Shown here piece after piece: positions 13,211-24,560 of a stretch of 64,000 nucleotides of DNA. This DNA is from Felis catus (Eukaryota). The position numbers were made by a program, and so were the translations under genes. The stretch is taken from positions 12,526,001 to 12,590,000 of the forward strand of contig NC_058383.1 of NCBI RefSeq assembly GCF_018350175.1, given 5' to 3'. A model generated the notes under the pieces. The model searched no databases. It was not told the DNA's origin and saw only the letters and a program-made list of their open reading frames with translations. Position 1 is the first letter of the stretch. Each line of letters starts with the position of its first letter.

Positions 13211-13631
13211 GACCTAATAGAAGGTCGGGAAATATTTGGTCTGTAGAAGAAACACGGGATGGCCATCAGCAGGGAACCGGTGCTCCGTACTATTGAGCGT
13301 ACAGATCCTCAAGAATTAGACCCCAGGAAGAGGTCTGAAGGGTCCATTCACAGACCGCTCTTGCGGAAGGCACTGGCAGATTACTTAGGGGGGCAGTAAA
13401 GAGAGTCATGTGCACCATCTGGGGATATGTGGAAGTGGCTGAACCAGCCCTGCCTGGTTCGATTAGCTGGGACCCTCTGTGCCCCCACAGGCAATGTCAC
13501 AGAGCAGAACACAAGCTGATTCAGCTCCTCATTCTGCCCACCCCCCACGATGGGTGTACACTGTGCTGGGTCCCCACCCAAGGTGTCTGTCTCCCCCTGA
13601 CCTTTTAAGTCAAGGAAAAAACTCGGGTACG

Positions 13632-13746
13632 TAGGGTGACCAGTGGTCTCAGTGGGCCCAATCCTGGGGGGTCTCCCAGGAGATGAGTCTTTCAGGGCGA
13701 AACCTGGAGACGGCCCCGGGCCAAATCGGGACAGCTGCTCACCCAA
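13632..13746 (+). mobile_element. hAT-Blackjack MITE (MER81-like)
   Basis: About 115 bp with imperfect terminal inverted repeats TAGGGTGACCA ... TGCTCACCCAA. Confidence 0.7.
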
Positions 13747-14689
13747 CTGCGAGGTAGATCGTCAAGAGGAGATCAACCAAGAGACAGACCGGGGCTGCTC
13801 CAGGTGTGTTTGCCGCCCCCGTGTCTCGTGAGCCCTCTCTCATCTGGACATTCACTCCATCTCAGTTTTGTTCCCAGCCCATTTTGAATCCTTGTTCTCA
13901 CTGGCACTTGCCCTTCGATTTCCCCTCTTGCATTTTGAGTAGATCCTTTGCTGTAGCTCTTGCCAATGCCGCCGGCCTCAACGACAACCCCGGTTGTCAG
14001 TCATTAGGTCAAGCACTCCTTCTCCCTCCCACATGTCCGCCAGAGGGATATTTTGGCACCTGCAGATGAATCCGGAGGTCATGGAAGAGAAGCGATTCGA
14101 TTCGGGTTCCTTTACAAGGAGATGCCTGCATAATTAACTGTTCTGCTGTCCAATTAGGAGTCTGGCCAACCAGGTGACCTCTTACCCCCACCTCCAACAA
14201 GTTTGCGTGTGTGGACATTTATCCAAACTGAGCCCTCAAGGAAATTGAAAGCTGTGAGTTCGGCGCTTGTGTCTTCGAGTTGTCAATGAACCGACAGCGC
14301 GCGACTCATGAAGCAGAATTGTAGAATCAGGATCTCGTCTACCCTTCCCTGAGGGCCTCTGACATATGGTAGGAAACCAGGTCAGAGACTAAGCAAGCAA
14401 GGGAGCCTCAAGGACCTGAGATGAATGATGGGGGCGTGGGGGTCTTCTGAAGCTGTGACTATGGAAACAATCAGCACGCCTCTCAAGCAGAGGGCACTCT
14501 GGGGCCCGTCACATTTTTCCAGCCTACCAGCTGGCTTACATTTCTAAGCAGTCTTAACCTGTAAAAGGACTTTCCTAGGCATGATCTCAGTATGAGCCCA
14601 CAACTCTGATACTAACCCTACGAGACAGAGAAAAAGGTGCCATTGTCGTCCTTCTGACGAACCAATGAGGCAGCGAAGGAACAAGCGAC

Positions 14690-15060
14690 GGACTCCCCCG
14701 GCACCCAAAACAACCATTTACGTTGCTCACAGATTCGTGGGTCAGGGAGCCTTGGCCGACGGTGCAACCTCTGCTCCGTGTGGCACCAGCTGGGGAGGCA
14801 GGGACTGGAGAATCCACTCCCACGATGGCTCCTTCACTCGTGTGTGCGGGTGCCTTGATGTTCCATGGCCCTCTTCACCCCGAGGGTGTCACGTCCTCCG
14901 GGACTTCTCTGCAGGGCTTGGACTTTTCACAGCACGGTGGCCTCATGGGAGACATACTTGGACGGCGGCTGGCTCCCACAGGCAGGAAGTGGAAGCAGGT
15001 GGGCCAGTGAAGAGCCATGCGGAACCAGGAGACAGACACCCCCATTGTACTCCACTTGTT
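14690..15060 (-). mobile_element. Old MaLR LTR (MLT1H/J/K-like)
   Basis: AACAACCATTT..TTGCTCACAGATTC.TGGGTCAGG..GGACTGGAGAATCCACT..ATGGCTCCTTCACTC. Confidence 0.65.
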
Positions 15061-15072
15061 AAAGGAGGAGGG

Positions 15073-15226
15073 AGGGCACCTGGGTGGCTCAGTCGGTTAA
15101 GGTCATGATTCCACACTTCGTGGGTTTAAGCCCCGCATCGGGCTCTGTGCTGATAGCACAGAGCCTCTCTCTCTGTCCCTCCCCTGTTCTCTCTCTCTCT
15201 CTCTCAAATAAATAATTTTTTTTTAA
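15073..15226 (+). mobile_element. Can-SINE, internally deleted
   Basis: GGGCACCTGGGTGGCTCAGTCGGTTAAG joined directly to GTCATGAT; (CT)n; AATAAA. Confidence 0.88.
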
Positions 15227-15248
15227 GTGGGGTAGGACGACACTACAT

Positions 15249-15468
15249 TTCTTTTTTTTTTTTTTTTTAACATTTATGTATTTATTAGAGACAGAAAGAG
15301 ACAGAGTACAAGCTGGGGGAAGAACAGAGAGAGAGGGAGACACAGAATCTGAAGCAGGCTCCGAGCCGTCAGCACAGAGCCCGACGCGGGGCTCGAACTC
15401 ATAAACCGTGAGATCGTGACCTGAGCTGAAGTCAGACGCTTCAACGACCGAGCCACCCCGGGCGCCCC
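15249..15468 (-). mobile_element. Can-SINE (SINEC_Fc2-like)
   Basis: Poly-T, GAGAGAGGGAGACACAGAATC..GGCTCGAACTC..GGCGCCCC. Confidence 0.95.
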
Positions 15469-17350
15469 CGCTCTTCTTGATGGAGTAGGAAAAAGTCACA
15501 TGGCGTGGAAGTGTGTGAGATGAGAGATTTTTCTGGCTACCTTTCCTACAGTGCAGAACTTTGACTTCCAGAATCCTATTCCTTTGTGTTTCCCAACAGA
15601 CAATACTTCCGAATACGTACCAAACATAAATGGTGGGCATCCACTCACCTGAGCAGAACCTAAGTGCTTTGTGCACAGCTTACAGACAGCCCTTGTATAT
15701 TTTCCCCCAAGAAAACAATTAGAGTTTAATGCCGTTTGGGGCAATTATAAATACACAAGTTGATAGTAAATTCTTTTTTTTTTTTTTTAAGCCAGCAAAA
15801 CATACATTCAGAATCAGCTCGTTTGGGATTTGTAGTGATTTTAGAAATATGTTTGCAAATCAAATTATCAATTCAACAAAATTGGAAGGGGGATGTCTAA
15901 TCTACTTAAGAAAATTAACTCTGGGTATTTGGCAACCACTTTATCAGCATTGTTTGTGTGTAAACATTATGCTTATCAATGATTCTTATCTAGTCATTAA
16001 AGTAGGCCTTGTGGTTGGCTAAGCGCTTGTCATAATTCTACCATTTTCGCTCACTAGGGCTGGCCACCCTCCAAGATATTCCAATTAAGAGTTTATTACT
16101 CTGTCACACTTTCAGGGGCCTGTGTCGACATATAGTTAAATTCTATCTAGAGGACATATCCTAGGCTATAGCTGCTCTGCTTCTGTGGGATTTTTTTTTT
16201 GGTCTTGTTTTTCTAATGAAAATAATCTATCGATCCTGCTCGTAAGAGGAGCACACAGCTCCAAATCATTACCTCCTGGCAGTAACTAATTTTTGAGTCT
16301 TCTCTGCTTGACCACACTCCTTAATGGCAGTTGAATAAATATCTAAGACGCAGACTTCTAGTCCTTTCTGAAGGATAGCCCCTTCCAACAAGGAGGCCAA
16401 AATCAATAAAAACCAACAAATATTTACTGAGCACCACGCTAGGCGCTGAACGCCAAGCCAAGTGCCGTCAGGCTCTCTGTCCTCAAGCCCACCACACGGC
16501 AGCCGTCAGTCCTCACCTCTCACCTTCTCAAGTCACAGCTCCGGGGAACAGGGATGGACATGTGACCCAAAGACAGCCAGGGCGGCCCACGGCTGTGTCA
16601 CCCGGCTCAGGCAGGTGAACTGGTCCAATCCGACCGCTCGCCGGATGTCTCACCAAAAGACACGGAAGCTTTTGCTGACACGGGCGATAAGCACTGGGGC
16701 AGAAAGGTCATATTGATTTTAGGGACCGGAGCCGACATCGTTCTTTCCAGAAAAAGTCAGTCTGCAGAAGGAGTTGCGTTGTGCAAACCGGCAGCACGTG
16801 GCCACAAAGACAGACAGAGGTGGGAAGAGGACAAAACCCCAGTTGCCTTTCTGGTTCGCAGCCAGAGTTCCCAAACGGCTGGTTCTATTTGAGTTTTTTC
16901 CTTGGATTCTGGGATCTCTCCTTACAATACAGGAAAGACCTTTTGTGTTTGAGTGGTTTTGCCTACGTGCTACGCCTTAGAACCCAAAGCCCTGAAAGAC
17001 CCTCGTGTCCTCGTGTGTTGAATGCCACACGAGTGGTGTTCACAAGTCATGTAAGCAGTGTTCATCTGACAAAGAAATGGCTTTGGGTTCTAGGTGAGGA
17101 TTCCAATGAAAACGTTGAACACGACTTGAAACAATGCATGTAGAAGTGGCTCTTTCTGAACCACGAGACCCTTCTGATCTTAACAAATCACGCAAAACAA
17201 AAACTCCTGACAGAAGTGGCCAGGAGTGGTTGCCTGCGGAGAATTGGATGGATAGTGGGGGGCAAGAGCCGGGTGGGGACTTAATTTGGACTATACGTCT
17301 TTTGGACCTTTCGGGGGTTTGTGACATACACGGACTGAAAAAGTAAAGTA

Positions 17351-17573
17351 GGGGTGCCTGGGTGGCTCAGTCGGTTGGGCATCCGACTTCAGCTCGGGTC
17401 ACGATCTCACGGTTTATGAGTTCGAGCCCCGCGTCGGGCTCTGTGCCGGTAGCTGGGAGCCTGGAGCCTGCTTCGGATTCTGTGTTTTCCTCTTTCTCTC
17501 TGCCCCTCCCCTGCTTGTCTCTCTCTGTCTCTCACAAATGAATAAAGGTAAAAAAAAAATTTTTTTTTTTAAA
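17351..17573 (+). mobile_element. Can-SINE (SINEC_Fc2-like) with TSD
   Basis: Full SINE; TSD GAAAAAGTAAAG(T/A)A at 17337-17350 and 17574-17587; T-run in tail. Confidence 0.95.
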
Positions 17574-17806
17574 GAAAAAGTAAAGAAGCAATTTAATTGA
17601 TTTTTCCACAGAACACGTCACTATAAACAAATCAGTCAGCATTCCTGTCTTCTCCTGAAAACAACATCTCGCCCCAGAAAAAGGTTTTGTTTCTTGACCG
17701 GGCTCCTAGGTCTCCCCATTTATCCAACTCTGCTGCCTACTACCCACCTTCCAGAACCCTCCTTTCCGACCACTCTGGTCTCCTAGTCTCATTTTATTCT
17801 TTTTTT

Positions 17807-18030
17807 TTTTTTTTTAATTTTTTTTTCCAACGTTTATTTATTTTTGGGACAGAGAGAGACAGAGCACGAACGGGCGAGGGGCAGAGAGAGAGGGAGACAC
17901 AGAATCGGAAACAGGCTCCAGGCTCTGAGCCATCAGCCCAGAGCCCGACGCGGGGCTCGAACTCACGGACCGCGAGATCGTGACCTGGCTGAAGTCGGAC
18001 GCTTAACTGACTGCGCCACCCAGGCGCCCC
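17807..18030 (-). mobile_element. Young felid Can-SINE (SINEC_Fc-like)
   Basis: Diagnostic GTGGCGCAG / TTCAGCCAGGTCACG / CTGTTTCCGATTC; TSD ATTTTATTCTTTTTTT at 17791-17806 and 18032-18047. Confidence 0.96.
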
Positions 18031-18040
18031 AATTTTATTC

Positions 18041-18229
18041 TTTTTTTAAGTTGTATTTATTTCTTTTGAGAGAGAGAGAGACAGAACACAAGCGGGGGAG
18101 GAACAGAGAGAGGAGAGACAGAATCCCAAGAGCCCGATGCGGGGCTCGAACTCACGAACTGTGTGAAACCATGACCTGAGCCGAGATCAAGAGTTGGGCA
18201 CTTAACCGACCGCACCACCCCGGTGTCCC
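18041..18229 (-). mobile_element. Older Can-SINE
   Basis: GAATCCCAAG..GGGCTCGAACTCACGAAC..GACCTGAGCCGAGATCAAGAGT..TTAACCGAC. Confidence 0.9.
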
Positions 18230-18365
18230 TAATTGTATTTTTGAAAACAGTGACAATGCTCTTTTACAGACACATCAATATAATAAATCAAATTAGGGCC
18301 AATAAATGCATATTTCAAAAACCCTGAAAAAAAAACCCAACCAGACACAAATGCAAAAAAAAAAA

Positions 18366-18727
18366 AAAAGGCAAATACCATATGATTTCACTTGCACATG
18401 GAATATAAAAGAAAAATGAACAAACAAAACAACGCTCTTAAATGCAGAACACAAACTGGTGGTTGCCAGAGGGGAGGTGGGTGGGGGGTGGGCCCAAGAG
18501 ATAAAAGGGATTACGAGGCGCAAAATTCCAGTCACAAAATAAATAAGCCACGGAGATGAAAAGTGCAGGCATAGAGAATACAATCAGCAATATTGCAATA
18601 ACGTTGTAGGGTGACATATGGGGACCACACACATCGTGGTGAGCAGCGAGTGATGTATAGAATTGTCAAATCGATATGTCATACACCTGAAGCTAATACA
18701 ACACGGTATGTCAATCCTACTTCAATT
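18366..18727 (+). mobile_element. L1 3' end (L1MA9/L1_Carn-like)
   Basis: CAAATACCATATGATTTCACTT..AAACTGGTGGTTGCCAGAGGGGAGG..TACACCTGAAGCTAATACAAC..TATGTCAAT. Confidence 0.88.
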
Positions 18728-18738
18728 TTGCTTCTGTC

Positions 18739-18959
18739 GGGGCGCCTGGGTGGCGCAGTCGGTTAAGCGTCCGACTTCAGCCAGGTCCCGATCTCGCGGT
18801 CCGTGAGTTCGAGCCCCGCGTCGGGCTCTGGGCTGATGGCTCAGAGCCTGGAGCCTATTTCCGATTCTGTGTCTCCCTCTCTCTCTGCCCCTCCCCCATT
18901 CGTGCTCTGTCTCTCTCTGTCTCAAAAATAAATACGTTGAAAAAAAAAAATTAAAAAAA
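18739..18959 (+). mobile_element. Young felid Can-SINE (SINEC_Fc-like)
   Basis: Near-consensus young SINE; perfect 14-bp TSD AATTTTGCTTCTGT at 18724-18737 and 18960-18973. Confidence 0.97.
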
Positions 18960-19314
18960 AATTTTGCTTCTGTTGCTCTACCCACCTCTCTGTACTCTTT
19001 CCGACACCCCCATTACCCTCACCCCACTGTTTCCCCCAGTGCTATAGATCCTACAGGCCCTTGGTCAGTTTTTTATGCCTTTCCAACTAGTTCGCTTTTC
19101 CCAGCCCCACCTAGGGAAGCCCCGGCCTATCCTTTCTCTTCCTCCCCATGCTGTTGTGATCTCAACACGCCCCAGCACCGAGCCTTCCCAGGCCAAAGGA
19201 ATGAAGCTAAAATAAAACAGCACAGTTGGGCTAGCGCCCGGTTTTCAATAAATGTGGAGGCAACCTGAAGGCTCACGGATGCCAAGACAGCTGGCATATC
19301 GTCAAAAAGGCGCT

Positions 19315-19450
19315 GACATCGAATCCCGCCTCTGTTGAGTGAGGCATCGTAGCCAAATCGCCTAACCTTCTGAGCCTCGCTTCTAGATCAATAAAGTAGA
19401 GGTAATAATCCCCATCCCTCCAGACTATGGAGAAGCGTAAAGGGAGGCAA
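19315..19450 (+). mobile_element. MIR fragment
   Basis: GAATCCCGCCTCTG..CCTAACCTTCTGAGCCTC..ATAAAGTAGAGGTAATAAT. Confidence 0.6.
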
Positions 19451-19679
19451 ATCGCGGGAGAATCAGGCGCGATGTGGCCATCAGCGGCTTCAACCATCGT
19501 ATCAAGGGGCCACCGATTCATTATATCGCTATACACATTTTCACGGGTAGATGATGGGTTTTTGGAAATCAAAGACCACGGCCCACCTCAAATTCCCAAA
19601 CTTAATATCGTACATTGGAAGTTCCCGGTAGATATTAATGGATCAATCGGAAGCTGTATACCGAAAACCTTGATTAGCG

Positions 19680-19703
19680 CACACACACACACACACACAC
19701 ACA
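19680..19703 (+). repeat. (CA)n microsatellite
   Basis: Direct read. Confidence 0.9.
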
Positions 19704-20385
19704 AAATCAGAAGACTCGTGTTCCGATTCACTCTGCTACATAAATCATTCACTGCGTTTCCATAATCTTTTCAAAGAGCTAGTATAGTCAATTTCCAATT
19801 ATCTGTGTCAGTGGGGAACAGGAATAGTCTGAATAATGAAACCCACAAATAATCCATACATTTAATTTTAGTAGTTGCTTCCAGCCAGTATTAAAATTTC
19901 CCACTGTGAATATGTCCACTCTTCCTAGCCCCCTCCTTTCTCGCTGGCAGGGGCAAATATTGCCGAAAGGCATCGTCAGCAGGAAGAAGGAAAACCCAGG
20001 GTCTAGACAATGTGCAGGCTGGCTAATCAGCCTTCAGATAATGAAGCCTGGCTGCTCTTCATAGGAAGCACCTTCTGACACACCGCCAAGAACACAGTGG
20101 TGTCACAGGGCCTCACCCTGAACCCCGACCACAGCAACATCCTGAACCCTCATGGTCACCAGCTCTGCGTGACCCTCGGCTGAGATCTACTTCAGTCAGC
20201 CAATGTCATGGAATTGACATGTGCCGGTTACACACATATGTGGGTGAGCGTCTCATGCATGTGTGCAAGGCATTGATTGTGACTTTGAAAAATGAAACAG
20301 ACTCAGGAAGATAGAGGCCCCATTGGAGAACCTCTCCATAAGGCCACTACTTTCTGGCCTCTTGAATGTGAACGAATAAAAAAAA

Positions 20386-20558
20386 GAGGTGCCTGAGTGG
20401 CTCAGTCGATTGGGCATCCGAGTCTTGGTTGTGGCTCAGGTCATGATCCCAGGGTCGTGGGATCGAGGCTCTGTGCTGAGCGTGGAGCCTCCTTAAGATT
20501 CCCTCTCCCTCCCTCTCTCACTCTCTCTCTCTCTCTCTCTCAAATTAAAAAAAAAAAA
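20386..20558 (+). mobile_element. Older Can-SINE
   Basis: GAGGTGCCTGAGTGGCTCAGTCG..TCAGGTCATGATCCCAGGGTCGTGGGATCGAG..(CT)n, A tail. Confidence 0.9.
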
Positions 20559-20658
20559 TCTTGAATGCAAACATACTTGGGTCTAACATCTCAGGTGACT
20601 TTCTAAAGGATAGCCAAGAAACAATCGGTTATTGCTTTAACCTGAGTTAATGTGCTTT

Positions 20659-20862
20659 GGGGCACCTGGGTGGCTCAGTCACTTAAGCGTCTGAATCTTG
20701 GTTTCGGCTCAGGTCGCGGTCACACAGTTCATGAGTTTGAGCCCCGCGTCGGGCTCTGCACTGACAGCACAGAGCCTGCTGGGGATTTCTCTCTCCTCTT
20801 CTCTCTGCCCCTCCCTGGCTTGCTCTCTCTCAAAAAATAAATATAAAAAACATTTTTTTTGA
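20659..20862 (+). mobile_element. Can-SINE (Fc3-like) with TSD
   Basis: Perfect 14-bp TSD AGTTAATGTGCTTT at 20645-20658 and 20863-20876. Confidence 0.95.
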
Positions 20863-21231
20863 AGTTAATGTGCTTTAACAAATACATATAAAAGGATGAA
20901 TTTATTTCCTCTAATCCCCCCTGAGTTGGAAGCCCTCAAACCCAAGGTTGCCAACGAGTGGCCTGGGGGCTGATTCCGGCCCCAGAGTGTTTCGCCTTCC
21001 CAACGTGGGTGGTCTCCAGTTCACCTTCACCTCTCCCTGTCCCCCGCCCCCCCCCCTTCTTCACCGAGGGCACCTGTGTCAATTGCTCTCGTCACCTGAC
21101 GCCTGAGCCCTGCACTGGTTTACATTCTCCACCTGCCTCCTCTCAGCGTTTGCACTTTCATAGTTTGGGGTCTACTGTGCTTTCTAAAATTGCAGCAGAA
21201 ATAGCTCCCACCCCACCAGCTCTTCTCACAG

Positions 21232-21890
21232 TGTGAGAAGATACCCCCCCCCCCATCAAGAGATGGGGTCCACGTTCCTCCCTCTTGAAGTTGGGACTTC
21301 CTGCCATGGACTACAGCAGGGGTGACGCTTCTGTCACCACCGAGGCCAGGGCAGTTGCCACTCATGGGGGCCGGGAGCCGGCTCGTACGGGCAACCAAAG
21401 CCAGTTGGGCCCATCTCATCCCAACTGTGTTCAGTGGCTTGAAATGGGCCACGGCGGGACTGTTTACACCATGGAAATCAGCAAATGTTAAAAATCAGGG
21501 CTTCTCCATCTGGGAAGCCAGTTGGGGAACATTTCCCAGCACGCCGCCCCCCTGGTTCTCTGCGAGCCCAGCCACCGTGCTGCGAGGGGGTCTTAGCAGC
21601 CAGCGGAGAGCCCCCCTCCTCCCCTGGAGGAAACAAAAGCCCTGGGCCTCGGCCCCCACTGAGCTCCCAGGGGACCGCCAGCACTGACTCACCAGCTACG
21701 GGAGGAGGCCCATCTTGAAATCCGTCCCCAGCCTCCGGCCACATCATCCGAGCTGACGCCACGTGGAACAACGACCAGCCTTCCCCGCCATCCCCCTGCA
21801 GACGCAGGCACAAAATTGCAAGTCCGCGAGCCCCCGTTAGGGTTTGAGACGCTTGCTCAGCCGCGCTGGTGACCAGACCGCAGTTCCTGG
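21232..21890 (+). mobile_element. Old MaLR LTR (MLT1G/H-like), interrupted by a MITE
   Basis: CATCAAGAGATGGGGTC..CCTCCCTCTTGAA; resumes as CCCAGCCACCGTGCTGCGAGG..GAGCTCCCAG..CATCTTG..GCTGACGCCACGTGGAACA. Confidence 0.65.
21363..21549 (+). mobile_element. MER63A-like hAT-Blackjack MITE
   Basis: GGAGCCGGCTCGTAC..GCTTGAAATGGGCCACGG..TTTACACCATGGAAATCAGCAAATG..AAATCAGGGC..AACATTTCCCAGCAC. Confidence 0.8.
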
Positions 21891-22529
21891 CACCGAGGAG
21901 CAGCTCACTCCGCCCTGCGTGGGGCCTTTCACCTGTGGTCCGCCAACCTTGCTCTCCCTTGCTGGTTCCCCCTGTTTCACATCTTACGGCCATCTCCTGG
22001 CATCAGGGCCGACACCCTCCCCTCAGAGAAGTCCCGGATCTCTGTCCCTGGCTGCCCACAGCAGCGTGAGCTGGGGCCGGTCTGAGACTGGAGTCTCTTG
22101 CTCTGGGTAACCCTCCCCGGGACGCGCATCCTGCCAGCCAGGCTGAAGCTGGGGGATGTCACTCTTCCGTACCCAGAACCGTCGTCTGGAATGCCTTGTC
22201 CCTGGGTGTTGCCAGGCACCTGACATTTTGGACACTGCTTAGTGCTACTTGAAGAGTTTCCTTCGCTTTCATAATTACTGACTCTACCTCACTTGCCATA
22301 ACTCGCTGTCACACCTTTGTGGTGGCAGGACAGGGCTTTCTAACTCGCCATTGTGGTCCCGCCCATGGGGGTGGGGGTGGGGGGTCCTACCACGTCTGAG
22401 AGACACACGGTGAGTAAGATTATATCCCTGCCTGCAAGGACCACAGTCTACTGAGTATGTGCACTGGGGGAACTGGGAAAGACTTCCCTCAATCTGGGAT
22501 TTCAAGTCGGACTAAGAGTTTACTTGGCA

Positions 22530-22666
22530 GGGAGAGAGAAGAAGGAGAAGGGCGGGGGGGGGGGGGGAAGAAAAGGAAGAGGATGAAGGAGAAGAGAAGA
22601 GAAAAGGAGAGGAGAGGGGAGGGGAGGGGTGGAGAAGAGAAAGAGAAAGAGAAAGAAAGAAAGAAA

Positions 22667-22713
<47 letters not shown>

Positions 22714-22853
22714 GGAGGGAGGAAGGAAGGAAGGAAGGAACGGAGGGAGGAAGGGAGGAAGGGAGGAAGGAAGGAGAGAGGGAAGGAAGGAAGGAAGGAA
22801 GGGGGAAAAGAGGGAGGGAGAAGGGGTAGGAGGGAGGGAGGGAAAGAAGGAAG
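22530..22853 (+). repeat. Polypurine low-complexity tract with (GAAA)n and (GGAA/GGGA)n
   Basis: About 320 bp, almost entirely A/G. Confidence 0.95.
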
Positions 22854-23329
22854 GTTCATTAACTCCAGGCAGAAGAGAAAACATGGAAGGAGGCAGACTG
22901 GCACAGAGCGAGAATCGGGATGTCACTGGCACACAGGTAGAGGGCCAGAAGATGACTGGGGGGTCAGCGGAAGGGTGCATCTCATTCCTCGGGCAATGTG
23001 GGGTTACTGCGAATAAGACAAAAATGACATGATCTGATTTGCACTTCCTAAAAATAGCTCTCTCGGAGACACAGTGGGAAAGGGCTCAAAGGTGGACTTA
23101 ACTGCCCATCAAAGGAGGCCGATCTGAGGGCTATTTCTAGGCAAGAGGTGATGAGGGCTAAGATGACGCTTGACAGTTGACAATAGAGGAGAGAATGTAC
23201 TTACGGAGTAGAAACCACAGCATTTGCCGCGCGCCCGCGTCTCGAGGCTAGAGGAAGGTTTCCAAGGATGGCGGTGTTTCCCCAGAAACATAATAGTGGC
23301 AGAGGCAGCAGGGGCAAACACAAGGCACA

Positions 23330-23480
23330 TACGGTGTGCCGGGCGTTATTTTAAAGACTTTGCTGTATTCACTCATTTAATCCTCACTTCAGTCTTACGA
23401 AGTAGATACGATGCTGCTGCTGCTGCTGGTGCTGACAGCGGCGCCCATTTTACAGATGAGCAAACTGAGGCACCGTGCCA
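23330..23480 (-). mobile_element. MIR
   Basis: TGTGCCGGGC..ACTCATTTAATCCTCAC..CCCATTTTACAGATGAGCAAACTGAGGCAC. Confidence 0.85.
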
Positions 23481-23539
23481 TTCAACCACCTGCCCACTTT
23501 CATCGCAGGGCGAGAATGTCAAGTCCTTGTTCTTTAGCG

Positions 23540-24560
23540 ATTACCCGGCCCCGCCTCTCCCGGGGAGGACTCTTGGGAAAAGGATGCCCAGGGCAGTCAG
23601 CCGGGCACCAAGTGGTGGGTCTGGTGCCAGGGTGGGGGCAGCAGAAGTGAGGAGTTGAGGGCACCTCCAGACCCGCCATCCGCAGAGAGGCCCCAAGGAG
23701 CAGCGTCGCCTCCCTCCCCGCCCAGGGCCCCCCTTCCGTACAGCCCGCTCACAGACCCCACGCCTGGCTCTGATCACAGGCCCCGACAGGTGCCCCCGGG
23801 CCTGCCTCGGGTCCGAGCCCGGCCCACGGGGGGCCGTCGCGCTGTTCTGCCTAACCCAACTGCCACATACTGGCTGCCACCCAGCCGCCCCGCCCCTGGG
23901 CAGCCCTGACTGATGGGTTCTCCGGAGCCCAGCCCTTCTAGAATTGGTAACGGCCCTGCCAGATGCTCTCAGACAGCGTCCGACACCTCCTCGGCTCTCG
24001 CTCCCCGCCTGCTTATCCGAGGCGACTGCCCCGTGTGTCCGGTGCCCCTCCGGCCCCATCCCGGCTGACCCAGTGTTGCTCAAGGCCATCAGGCCCCGGG
24101 ATAAAACCAAGGCTGCGGGAAGGAGGCCGGTGACAGCAGCGCCTGAGCAAGCAGCGATGTTTCCAGCGTGAGAGGAGGAGTAATGAACGCTGGCAGAAGC
24201 CGAGTCGCCGCAAGGGCATGGAGACGTTTTGTTCCCCGGCTTCCGGGTGGGTGAGATCCGAGGCGTCGCCACTCCTGTCGTGCAGGCAGCTGTGCCTGTC
24301 AAACCATCTGCACCGCAGAATGCCAAGCGGCTCACGCGGGGCTCGCATCTGCTCGGGGGCGGGGAGCCGAGGCGTCTGCGACTCCGGGGCTGGGGACACA
24401 GCGCCACTCGTTCCCGCCAGCCTTCCCGGCGGGGCCGCTCCGCCACCACGCCAAGCCCAGGAGCTCCCGATCTGCGACCATTCGTGGGCGGCTGGCCCTC
24501 CCTGACGAGGATCAGTGCTTTCCATAGACGGACATTAGTCTGCACGGGATTCTCGGTGAA
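23540..24560. promoter_or_regulatory. GC/CpG-rich island-like segment (candidate regulatory element)
   Basis: Visibly high GC and CpG content, GC-box-like CCCCGCCC/GGGGCGGGG, no recognisable repeat. CpG o/e not computed. Confidence 0.45.

Noticed and set aside
17844..18179. Recurrent ORFs such as QRETEHERGRGRERGRHRIGNRLQ and MAQSVKRPTSAQ at many loci
   Set aside because: Can-SINE translations, not a gene family.
22457..23032. K/E/R/G-rich and L/S/F/P-rich ORFs
   Set aside because: Translations of the polypurine tract.
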